The notes under the pieces are model-generated. The model was given only the letters and a program-made list of their open reading frames with translations. It had not been told where the DNA came from and made no database searches. Below are positions 39,293-47,310 of a stretch of 50,130 bases of DNA, piece by piece. A program made the position numbers and the translations under genes. The stretch is from a virus, in IMG/VR virus record IMGVR_UViG_3300038701_001690, positions 1 to 50,130 of that record; one strand, 5' to 3'. How positions within the stretch are numbered: the stretch's first letter is position 1; each line of letters starts with the position of its first letter.

Positions 39293-39296
39293 AAAC

Positions 39297-39321
39297 GGCC
39301 CTTCGGGGCTTAACGCAGTTC
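39297..39321 (+). promoter_or_regulatory. UUCG-tetraloop hairpin followed by a GCAGTTC box copy
   Basis: GGCCC-ttcg-GGGCT (39297-39310), then taac, then GCAGTTC(39315-39321), then aGGAGAAAtaaGTG. Confidence 0.4.
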
Positions 39322-39332
39322 AGGAGAAATAA

Positions 39333-39551
39333 GTGAATAATTCAGATCAACCGGCATTCCCAACTAAAGAGTTGCTTGAATCAACAGATGTTGTCTTTAA
39401 GAAAGGGGGCTTAACAAAGCGTGAGTACTTCGCAGGCTTGGCGCTACAGGGATTTCTATCTAGAGATATAAACAATATGGATGGTTCTGAAATTGTTGGA
39501 GCTTCTATAAGTTATGCAGATGAACTTCTTCAACAATTGGAAGAATTTTAA
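39333..39551 (+). CDS. Hypothetical protein (72 aa)
   Basis: GTG start with GGAGAAA SD. The GLTKREYFAGLALQGFL motif is seen in many small phage proteins (from memory). Confidence 0.5.
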   Translation: MNNSDQPAFPTKELLESTDVVFKKGGLTKREYFAGLALQGFLSRDINNMDGSEIVGASISYADELLQQLEEF

Positions 39552-39552
39552 A

Positions 39553-39888
39553 ATGAGCAATTTGACAGTTATGACCGATGAAGAATTTATAGTATTTGCT
39601 CATAATGAAGGATACACAATAGGTAGCAATGAGAAAATAACCGACTTTAGAGAAAGAGTCACAAAAAGTATCATTTACACTAAGGATAATAAAGTTAGCA
39701 AAGAAGAGGATTATTTAAGAAAACTAAATAAAATTTATCATGAAGGTCACTTGGAATTGATGGAACTACTTAATAAATATTTTCTATGCAAAAATTTAAA
39801 AGGAAAAGAAAAGGCCTTGATTAATGATTTGATTGGGAAGTTAAACGACACAAGTTTTAAGATTATGAAGGAGTTGATTGCGAAATGA
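39553..39888 (+). CDS. Hypothetical protein (111 aa)
   Basis: ATG at 39553, 1 nt after the upstream TAA. The longer track start overlaps the upstream gene. Confidence 0.5.
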   Translation: MSNLTVMTDEEFIVFAHNEGYTIGSNEKITDFRERVTKSIIYTKDNKVSKEEDYLRKLNKIYHEGHLELMELLNKYFLCKNLKGKEKALINDLIGKLNDTSFKIMKELIAK

Positions 39889-40073
39889 AAATAGAAACTT
39901 TTATAATCGTCAGCACTCGTTGTATTGACGCTGAAACCGGAAAGTATATGACAAAGCAGAAATGTTTTTCTTTGGATAATTTACTTGGAAGAGATTGCCC
40001 TGTAGATGTATCATTAATAAACGCCTCTGAGGATCATAAGCGGGAAATAAAAAAGGAGATTAAGGAGAGATGA
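39885..40073 (+). CDS. Hypothetical protein (62 aa)
   Basis: ORF track. ATGA overlap. Confidence 0.45.
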   Translation: MKIETFIIVSTRCIDAETGKYMTKQKCFSLDNLLGRDCPVDVSLINASEDHKREIKKEIKER

Positions 40074-40117
40074 GCTCCTTTGATATTAATACGCTTTATA
40101 AGGAATTGACTAATTAA

Positions 40118-40558
40118 ATGACTAAATCTTATTATGAATATAACTATGATGATAAATGGAAAATCAATTACATAGATAAGAGTAATTTTACCTGTCTTGA
40201 ATTTCGGGGAGCGCAATATCTTGGAATAAAGAAAATAAAATTTTCTGATTTTAAATTATACCATATAAAAAACAATTTTATAATTGATGACAAAGGTAAA
40301 AAATTGGATTTAAACCTTCACTTCGTGGATGCTTATAGTGAAATTTACAGAAATATAAAGCCACTAAAATATTGGCCTTTTATTCGATATGAAGATCAAT
40401 GCACCCAATGTTTTGAAGATTGCACCATGGATCTTTTTTATTACAATAACAACAGGAATAGAACATGCTTAAATTGCTATAAGAAAAAACAAAGAGACAG
40501 ATACCAAGAAATAAAGAAAACCAAACTATTATTATCAATAATGAATAAAGGAAGATAA
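40118..40558 (+). CDS. Hypothetical protein with C-terminal Cys4 motif
   Basis: CTQCFEDC ... CLNCYKKK. Very N/K/Y/I-rich. Confidence 0.5.
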   Translation: MTKSYYEYNYDDKWKINYIDKSNFTCLEFRGAQYLGIKKIKFSDFKLYHIKNNFIIDDKGKKLDLNLHFVDAYSEIYRNIKPLKYWPFIRYEDQCTQCFEDCTMDLFYYNNNRNRTCLNCYKKKQRDRYQEIKKTKLLLSIMNKGR

Positions 40559-40559
40559 A

Positions 40560-41129
40560 ATGAATAATATAAATAGAGTAAATGATCTCCTCAACTCAAT
40601 GAATGAAACATTGCATGAAATTGCAATTTTGTATTATAAGGACTTTTGCCAAGATGAGAAGGCAGAAGATTACTATAGGGATAATACTATGCTAACTAAA
40701 ACTCTTCTTAGAAGGTTGGTGATGATAGCTGAGAATAAAATTATACCTGAGATTTTTTATATATCATCATTCCCACATTTCTCAATACTTAGAGACCTCC
40801 CAAAGAAATGTCAGAGCAATCTTATTCATAACAAAATAAAAGTCATATCAAATGATGGATCGCATTACCTAAGATTTTTTGTTGATGTTCCAACAGAAAA
40901 ACTACCTATTATATTTGATAGGAGCTTAAATATAATTAGAAATATAGAAGAACAGGAAATTATACTATCATCAAGAAGGAATAACATTGTTGAGAAGGCA
41001 TCTTTTAGTAAAGCTATTTTAATAAAAGAACTAAAAAAGCACAAGATAAATTATAAAGACATAATAAAAATATGTGATAAGGATATTCTTGAAAGAGCGA
41101 TTGAGCACTATAGAGAATTGACCACATAG
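40560..41129 (+). CDS. Hypothetical protein (189 aa)
   Basis: ORF track. ATG 1 nt after the upstream TAA. Confidence 0.5.
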   Translation: MNNINRVNDLLNSMNETLHEIAILYYKDFCQDEKAEDYYRDNTMLTKTLLRRLVMIAENKIIPEIFYISSFPHFSILRDLPKKCQSNLIHNKIKVISNDGSHYLRFFVDVPTEKLPIIFDRSLNIIRNIEEQEIILSSRRNNIVEKASFSKAILIKELKKHKINYKDIIKICDKDILERAIEHYRELTT

Positions 41130-41144
41130 TCATGATTACTAAAG

Positions 41145-41288
41145 ATGAAAAGTAAAATATTAAAAACGATAGATATTATAGTTGTCGCTCTTGTTATAAT
41201 ATATGGATTCTGCTGTCTTTGGGTTAGTGTGAAAAATCCAGAGTTGACACAGATGCAGGTCATATATAAAGTTTTGGGAATTGACTAA
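41145..41288 (+). CDS. Possible small membrane protein (47 aa)
   Basis: Hand translation: MKSKILKTIDIIVVALVIIYGFCCLWVSVKNPEL... Confidence 0.35.
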   Translation: MKSKILKTIDIIVVALVIIYGFCCLWVSVKNPELTQMQVIYKVLGID

Positions 41289-41438
41289 ATGAATACTAAA
41301 AAACTACCTGATATCAAAGATCTTCTTCCTGAATTGCCGAGGAAAAAAGAAAGCGTTCCTTTATTTATGATAGATCAGATGTACTTAGAAAAATTGCCTT
41401 ACATAAATTGCCGATGCTATCCAATCAAGGATTCTTAG
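41289..41438 (+). CDS. Possible mini-protein (49 aa)
   Basis: Hand translation: MNTKKLPDIKDLLPELPRKKESVPLFMIDQMY... Its 3' end overlaps the convergent gp45-like gene by 14 nt. Confidence 0.25.
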   Translation: MNTKKLPDIKDLLPELPRKKESVPLFMIDQMYLEKLPYINCRCYPIKDS

Positions 41439-42027
41439 GAGCGTCAGTGTCATTAGGAGTATCATTTTCTTTGTGAACATGCGTATTAAACACAACACCA
41501 TTCACCGTCAAAGTCCCTGTAATATTCACATTCCCCGTAAAAGTAGAAATTGGAGATGTTACACCAAATGAAGTAGTAGCCGTGTTCAATATGATAGGCG
41601 CTGTCTCTGCAATGCTTGTTTCAGCTGTCTCTGTAATTACGGGAGCAACTGTATTATTGCTGACTACGGCAGTTTCAGTAATGGAAGCCGGTGAATAAGA
41701 AATGATGTTGCCCAGCGCATCAAATTTTGTAAAAGCGCCTGTCTTTAAATTCTGAATAACAACTTCACCTTCTAAAAGTAGCTTCGGTCTGTTCTTGTAA
41801 TCGTTGGCAATCCCTTGTAAATCATCAGGATTTGAACGGCTTGAAAATATCAACCACTGAGAATCTAAAACCGGAGAGCTGTACAAACCGTATGGAGTAA
41901 CATGCTTGACATTCTTGACCTGTCCCATGAACTGATTCTGAGCCTTGGGTATATCCTTTGTATCATCCATGACTTTAGTCTGCTTACCGTTCTTGATAAG
42001 ATTCTTTATCATGTTGAATAAATTCAT
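41425..42027 (-). CDS. Baseplate spike/assembly protein V (Mu gp45 analogue)
   Basis: VTPYGLYSSPV...LLLEGEVVIQN pattern. Position follows the hub gene. Confidence 0.65.
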   Translation of the reverse strand: MNLFNMIKNLIKNGKQTKVMDDTKDIPKAQNQFMGQVKNVKHVTPYGLYSSPVLDSQWLIFSSRSNPDDLQGIANDYKNRPKLLLEGEVVIQNLKTGAFTKFDALGNIISYSPASITETAVVSNNTVAPVITETAETSIAETAPIILNTATTSFGVTSPISTFTGNVNITGTLTVNGVVFNTHVHKENDTPNDTDAPKNP

Positions 42028-43101
42028 TTACTGCCCCTGCGCTGAGTTTGTCGGGTTCGTGCTTCCTGTCTGCTGGCTGTATGCATCTGGCAATACTAAC
42101 TGAAGATTTGTTACACTACCACCACTTTCAGAAAAATTAAATTCAACGTCTTTAATCATCATACTTGAAGTGACTCCGGCAAAATCGTCATCGACATCTA
42201 CAAGTAAATTTATATCGTACTTTGTGCCAAGGTAAGAAAAACCAAAAACGGTGCAGTTATAAGAAACTGAATCAGAAATTCTTTTGTTCACTTCCCATTT
42301 TGCCTGCGTAGTGCATCCGGCCTGATCAACTATATTCTCAGATAAAATGCATTTAACCCCGTCAGATTTCACGCTTGAATCTTCTGCCTCTCCTCGAACA
42401 TCGTCTTCAAATTCCTGCTGAGAAACTACAATAACTTTTTTCATTCTGTTGCTGTAATCAATCAAATAGTCTGCTGACTTAATAGTTTTATTGGTCGGGT
42501 TATTTCTTTTATTCTTCAGTCTTATCGGAGATCCTACCGGAGCATTGTCATAAATAACTAACTGGCCTTTTGCATTGGTCGAAAGAATAACGCCTACTTT
42601 TTTCGCATAACGGTCAAGGAAGGAAAATAAAGTTTCTCCAATATCACCAGAAGTTCCAGCCTCATTAGAATCAATTATGGTGCTTATCATTTTTCCAGAA
42701 GCAAAACCACCGGCAACCCCTACACTTGAAACGGAATTGTCACCAAAGATTTTATTAACTAACCCAATAAAACTAATGGGCGTTGCATAGTTTGGATTGG
42801 TGAAAATTGTCGCCTTGGTCAAATCAAAAGTATTACTGAATCCAGAGATAGTAACATCATGACTGCGGTCAGTGTATCCAGTATTTATTGAATTTACTTT
42901 TCCGGTTAAAGTCAAATCATCATTAATGTAAATCTGAATCTCATCGTTTATCGAAAATCCAGTCTGAAAGTTTTCTCGAGCAATATCAAAAGAGAATGCA
43001 CTCGCAACAGCCCCAAGAGAAAGAGAAATTGAAGCCCTTTTGAACTTCGTAAACTCAACGCCATTAACTACGACTCTTAAACTATTATCCACCAGTGACA
43101 A
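42028..43101 (-). CDS. Baseplate hub protein (Mu gp44 / P2 gpD-like)
   Basis: 357 aa between the DNA-circulation and gp45 analogues. Non-ATG start (TTG 43101 or GTG 43092). Confidence 0.65.
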   Translation of the reverse strand: MSLVDNSLRVVVNGVEFTKFKRASISLSLGAVASAFSFDIARENFQTGFSINDEIQIYINDDLTLTGKVNSINTGYTDRSHDVTISGFSNTFDLTKATIFTNPNYATPISFIGLVNKIFGDNSVSSVGVAGGFASGKMISTIIDSNEAGTSGDIGETLFSFLDRYAKKVGVILSTNAKGQLVIYDNAPVGSPIRLKNKRNNPTNKTIKSADYLIDYSNRMKKVIVVSQQEFEDDVRGEAEDSSVKSDGVKCILSENIVDQAGCTTQAKWEVNKRISDSVSYNCTVFGFSYLGTKYDINLLVDVDDDFAGVTSSMMIKDVEFNFSESGGSVTNLQLVLPDAYSQQTGSTNPTNSAQGQ

Positions 43102-44344
43102 CCTTTACTTCACCTTCAATAAAACTTGGCTCATTGAAAGAATTCAAATCTCTTATCAAATCGTAATTGTCAAGATTTCCATATAACGAATGAACCAAAG
43201 AAGTTAAAGTTGTTGTTCTTACCGTTATAGTTTCAACTCTAAAAATGCTTAAAAGCTCCTGATCAATAGCCTGCCTAAGTTTATTTTTAAGATCCTTTAT
43301 GAGGTCGAATAATTCAGGATCAAGACCGCTTAAGTTAGATACTTTATCTATTTGATTCATTATAGAATCAACCTCAGATTGAAGATCTTCATCCGTTGCA
43401 TAGTCAATTTCAATCATCGCAACTGAAGCCTGAGCAACACCGATAACCTGAATAATATTTCTGAACGCTATTTCATTTGCTTGCTGTTCTGCACGTTGTC
43501 TTGTAGTTGGAGTACTTTCGTCAACTTCATCATTGTATCCATATATACTCTTAATTCCTGACAGCCATAATTCAGCATCGTCTATTGCATTTCTTCCTTG
43601 GGTAAATAACTCACCAACGCCATCAATAATATCAGCTATCTCGAGAAGTCCAGTCAATTCAAATTCTCTTATCAATGCTGAATACTTGGAATAATCCAAA
43701 GGGTTCGTTATTAATCGAGCTATCGAAGAAAACTTTGCTGAAATATTCGTGATATTTGATTGAATAGCATTAACGCCATCAAGAAAATCATTCTGTATTT
43801 TTGGTACAGTCCCAAGACCATCTACGCCAATATCTGAATTTTTCGTGGTTGGATTGGTATAAATTGGCTCATCAGAGTTAAATTCAATACCCTTGGTGCT
43901 GTTTATAGATCCTTTCTGTATATTGTCGCGCGATTGGTCTATAGTTCGCTTTGTCGGCTGTGTATTGAGAGTGAAAGAATCAACACGTAAAAAGGTAGCG
44001 GTAAAAATCGCTCTTCCCTGTTCAGTTATAGATTCATTTATTTTGTATATTCCGGCAAGCTGTGCAGTCATCTTTCCGTAAAGAGGGTGTATTAATTCTC
44101 CAGATCCTTTTGAATCTAGAACTTTAATAAACGCATCACGCTTTGAAAAATAATCTTGCCCCCTCCCTGAGATAATCATATTTAAGGAGAATGCCCGTGG
44201 CGCTCTTCCTAAGTCTTCAAATTGAACATCGTCAGAATTTGGGAAAGTGTGAAATATAGATTTCCTTCCTGAATCCCTCACTGAATTATCATAGTTAAAC
44301 TGAACGCCTTTGAAAGATCCGGTTCTTGTTAGTTCAAATATCAT
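43085..44344 (-). CDS. DNA circulation protein (Mu gp43 analogue)
   Basis: N-terminal FKGVQFNYDNSVRDSGRKSIFHTFPNSDDVQFEDLGRAPRAFSL...GSGELIHPLYG, typical of DNA_circ_N. ATGA overlap with the tape measure gene. Confidence 0.75.
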   Translation of the reverse strand: MIFELTRTGSFKGVQFNYDNSVRDSGRKSIFHTFPNSDDVQFEDLGRAPRAFSLNMIISGRGQDYFSKRDAFIKVLDSKGSGELIHPLYGKMTAQLAGIYKINESITEQGRAIFTATFLRVDSFTLNTQPTKRTIDQSRDNIQKGSINSTKGIEFNSDEPIYTNPTTKNSDIGVDGLGTVPKIQNDFLDGVNAIQSNITNISAKFSSIARLITNPLDYSKYSALIREFELTGLLEIADIIDGVGELFTQGRNAIDDAELWLSGIKSIYGYNDEVDESTPTTRQRAEQQANEIAFRNIIQVIGVAQASVAMIEIDYATDEDLQSEVDSIMNQIDKVSNLSGLDPELFDLIKDLKNKLRQAIDQELLSIFRVETITVRTTTLTSLVHSLYGNLDNYDLIRDLNSFNEPSFIEGEVKVVTGG

Positions 44345-46260
44345 CTTACACCCGCTCCGCTTGCGCCTTGTGGCGTTGCTTTAATGGTAGATTTCTGCTC
44401 TGTAATTGGCTCACCGTCTGGCCCTTTTATACTGCCATCAATAGTCGCCTGTACTTTTATTCCGGCTTGTCTGGCACGCATAGAATTTAATTCTTCTCTT
44501 GAGAGCCCAATAGCACCAGCTCCTTTATTTATTCCACCGCCAGCGCCAGCACCTCTGACTCTTGCTATTTCTTTTTTTGTCGCAGTTCCTTCAACAGCAT
44601 CAGTCATCTTTTCAACCAGCGCCATTCCCCACTCTAGAGATTTCAAAATAGCCTTAAGAGGAATGAGGGCAATATTAAAAGCCTTTCCCAGTATTATTCC
44701 TACAGTAGCGCCAGATTTAGAAAACTTTTCAACACCTTCGTTTGCACCAAAAAGAAGAGTGCCTATTTTTCCAAAAGTTGTTGAAATTTGATTCCAAGTA
44801 TCTGAAAATACTTTTCCAATTGGCGATATCTCTTCAACAAAGCTTGACCACATTGTTTTAAAGAATGATCTAAATCCAGCTGATTTTCTCCACAGTATTA
44901 ATATACCTGAAGTAACTGCTGTAACTCCTGCAACAATGGCAAGTATAGGAGCAATAAGAGGCGCAAAAGAAACACCCATTAATCCAGCAATTATAGGAGC
45001 AAGAACAGCCGAAGCCTTAGCCCATAAAACCATCCCTTGACCAACGGCCAATAAAATAGGCCCTATAGAAGCCAGAACCCCAGCGAATGCAAGAAGAACC
45101 ACAGTTAGAGCTTTGTTGTTCGACATCCATTTTGCAACTACCGTTGACATCTTAATAAATGAATCTATAAGATTGTTTAAAGTCGGTTGAATAAGGAAGA
45201 AAACTTTAATTAGCTTATTCTTTAGTGATTCCCAAAGGCGTTTAATCCTTTCATTTGTGGTTGACATCCTGATTCCAGCCTGTTCAACACCGGTATTTGT
45301 TCCCTGTATATTTTTGGTCATCTTCTTGAAAGCTTCAGCATTTGCAATCAATGCAGGGAAAGAAACAATTGCTTCATCTCCTAAGAGCTTTGACATTTGA
45401 GCTGTCTTCAATCCAGCCTCATTCATATTCTCTAGAGCTTTTTGAAGTCCTACTACTGACGGTCTGAATTTCTTTGGCCCTTCTTTCTCAAGTTTTAAGA
45501 ACGCTGTTTTTAATCCAGTACCAATTCTTTCAGATGCTAAACCTGTTTTCTCAGAGATTATTTCAATTGATGCGACTAATTCAGCCATATTCACACCGGC
45601 AAGCTTGGAAGCTGAACCAGCATTTTTCATAGCGGAGGTGACAAAAGGAATTTGAGCCGAACCGAATTTAGAAGCCGAGGCAAGAAGGTTAACTACTTCA
45701 AGAGCTCTTGTCCCGTCAACATTAAAAGTGTTCATTACATCAAGAAGATTACTTGCCGATTCTGGCAAATCCTGACCGGATGCTTTCGCTAAAACAGAAG
45801 AAGCCTTAGCAACATCTAAAAGTAAGGCCGGAGTCTTAAGAAGTTTCGGTTGTTTAGATCCGATCAACTCCATACCTTTTGCAATATCTGAAGCACCAAT
45901 TCCAAACTGTGTGCTTGTCTTCATTATATTTGTGCTGAGATCGTTTAATGCTTTACCTTGTAAACCGGTAATAGCTGAGAGGGAAGCGAGCGCGTCTTCA
46001 TACTTCCCCCCCGCTAAAATTGAAGCGGTGAACCCAGCAACTACAGGAAGTGTGAAAGCCTTGGTCATAAAACCGCCTGCTTTCTTCATTGCTTCGCCAG
46101 TCTTTTCGATCTGTCCGTTTAATTGCTTGAATTTTGGCAAGGCTTTAGTTGCCGAATCTTTGAGCTTCTTTTCAAGAACTTTGGCTTTAGCTCCCATCTT
46201 CTCAAGATTAGGAGAAATCTTGTCAATTGCTTCATAAATGAATGACGTACTAAAAGCCAT
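44341..46260 (-). CDS. Tail tape measure protein
   Basis: 639 aa, Ala/Gly/Lys-rich helical protein with a hydrophobic central segment. Follows the chaperone gene. Confidence 0.85.
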   Translation of the reverse strand: MAFSTSFIYEAIDKISPNLEKMGAKAKVLEKKLKDSATKALPKFKQLNGQIEKTGEAMKKAGGFMTKAFTLPVVAGFTASILAGGKYEDALASLSAITGLQGKALNDLSTNIMKTSTQFGIGASDIAKGMELIGSKQPKLLKTPALLLDVAKASSVLAKASGQDLPESASNLLDVMNTFNVDGTRALEVVNLLASASKFGSAQIPFVTSAMKNAGSASKLAGVNMAELVASIEIISEKTGLASERIGTGLKTAFLKLEKEGPKKFRPSVVGLQKALENMNEAGLKTAQMSKLLGDEAIVSFPALIANAEAFKKMTKNIQGTNTGVEQAGIRMSTTNERIKRLWESLKNKLIKVFFLIQPTLNNLIDSFIKMSTVVAKWMSNNKALTVVLLAFAGVLASIGPILLAVGQGMVLWAKASAVLAPIIAGLMGVSFAPLIAPILAIVAGVTAVTSGILILWRKSAGFRSFFKTMWSSFVEEISPIGKVFSDTWNQISTTFGKIGTLLFGANEGVEKFSKSGATVGIILGKAFNIALIPLKAILKSLEWGMALVEKMTDAVEGTATKKEIARVRGAGAGGGINKGAGAIGLSREELNSMRARQAGIKVQATIDGSIKGPDGEPITEQKSTIKATPQGASGAGVR

Positions 46261-46266
46261 GTGTGA

Positions 46267-46461
46267 TTACTCTTCTTTTGGACTATTTTCTTCTATTACT
46301 TTACGTCTGAAAAATAATTCGTCAAAAGGCATGTTCATTGCATCTTTAAGAGTGATCGCACCATTATATTCAATCATAATGATACTTGTAATTCTATGAA
46401 CGTCCTCAGAAGTTAATCTGAGGTATTGATAAAATTTACAAAGTAAAACGCCAATAATCTT
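46267..46461 (-). other. -1 frame extension ORF after the tail chaperone gene (putative G/GT-type frameshift product)
   Basis: The -1 frame is open from 46461 to the TAA at 46267-46269. It overlaps the last ~16 codons of 46413-46883. A U-run (AAU UUU AUC, 46431-46434) lies in the overlap. Confidence 0.4.
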
Positions 46462-46883
46462 TTAATTTCACTCATCGGTATATCATCCCAGTGGCCGGCT
46501 TTGAGTTCGAACTCTCCATCATCGCCAACACATGTTGCACCGCCTTTCTTGGCACATAGGATATCTTTAAGGATTGTGTAAGATTGGGAGAAATCAAAAT
46601 CAGTCAATTGAAATTGTTCAAGCATCTCCTGAACAAGCTCATCATTGCTTTTTTCTTCTTCAACTTCTTTTTTTGGCGCTTCATCTGGAATCATACCAGA
46701 GCTTTTAAGGTTTATCGCAAACTCTTGAAGCCCTCTATTGAATGCACCCAGTTGCCCTTCTAAACGAGCAAACATCGATTGCATTCTTCCTGTTGGATGG
46801 GGAATGTGTATTTCGCTTACTTTGTGATTTTGACCACCAGTCAATACATCAAATGTATTTCTACAAATATATTCTTCTGACAT
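46413..46883 (-). CDS. Tail assembly chaperone
   Basis: 156-aa acidic protein between the tube and tape measure genes, the canonical position. Confidence 0.55.
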   Translation of the reverse strand: MSEEYICRNTFDVLTGGQNHKVSEIHIPHPTGRMQSMFARLEGQLGAFNRGLQEFAINLKSSGMIPDEAPKKEVEEEKSNDELVQEMLEQFQLTDFDFSQSYTILKDILCAKKGGATCVGDDGEFELKAGHWDDIPMSEIKRLLAFYFVNFINTSD

Positions 46884-46919
46884 CTCTTTTCTCTCTTTTC
46901 TTTTAAGTCAATGCAGATA

Positions 46920-47300
46920 TTAATCTAATGGAGTACCCATGTAATCCAAAGTGATCTTACCATCTGTCCCCAAATTGGTAACTGTATCATTTTTTGTTAC
47001 ACCGGAAGCCATTACTTTTTCAGTTCCATTCTCGTCAAAGAATTTTATCGTTGAGTTTGTTCTGCTCATTAAAGTATTCGCAAGATCAATATTTTCCTTT
47101 GTTGCTGGAATATCGAACTTGATCATACCTAAAGCAGATTCTCTATTTTCGGAAAAAGTTATATCGCCATTATCAAGACCTTTTACATCTCTTTCCGGCT
47201 TACCTTCCTTATACTCCAAAGAGTTTGGAATTATGCCGATGCTCTCACCGTCAACATTTACGCTGACAGTTGAAACAACTCTATTAAGTGTGCCTGCCAT
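46920..47300 (-). CDS. Tail tube protein
   Basis: 126 aa immediately after the sheath gene. Confidence 0.65.
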   Translation of the reverse strand: MAGTLNRVVSTVSVNVDGESIGIIPNSLEYKEGKPERDVKGLDNGDITFSENRESALGMIKFDIPATKENIDLANTLMSRTNSTIKFFDENGTEKVMASGVTKNDTVTNLGTDGKITLDYMGTPLD

Positions 47301-47310
47301 TTCTTATCTC

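Noticed and set aside
44384-46237. Plus-strand ORFs of 135 aa (44384-44791) and 108 aa (45911-46237), antisense to the tape measure gene
   Set aside because: They are mirror-frame artefacts of an Ala/Gly/Lys-rich gene. They have low-complexity Pro/Ala/Ser-rich translations and no SD, and lie wholly inside a well-supported 639-aa CDS.
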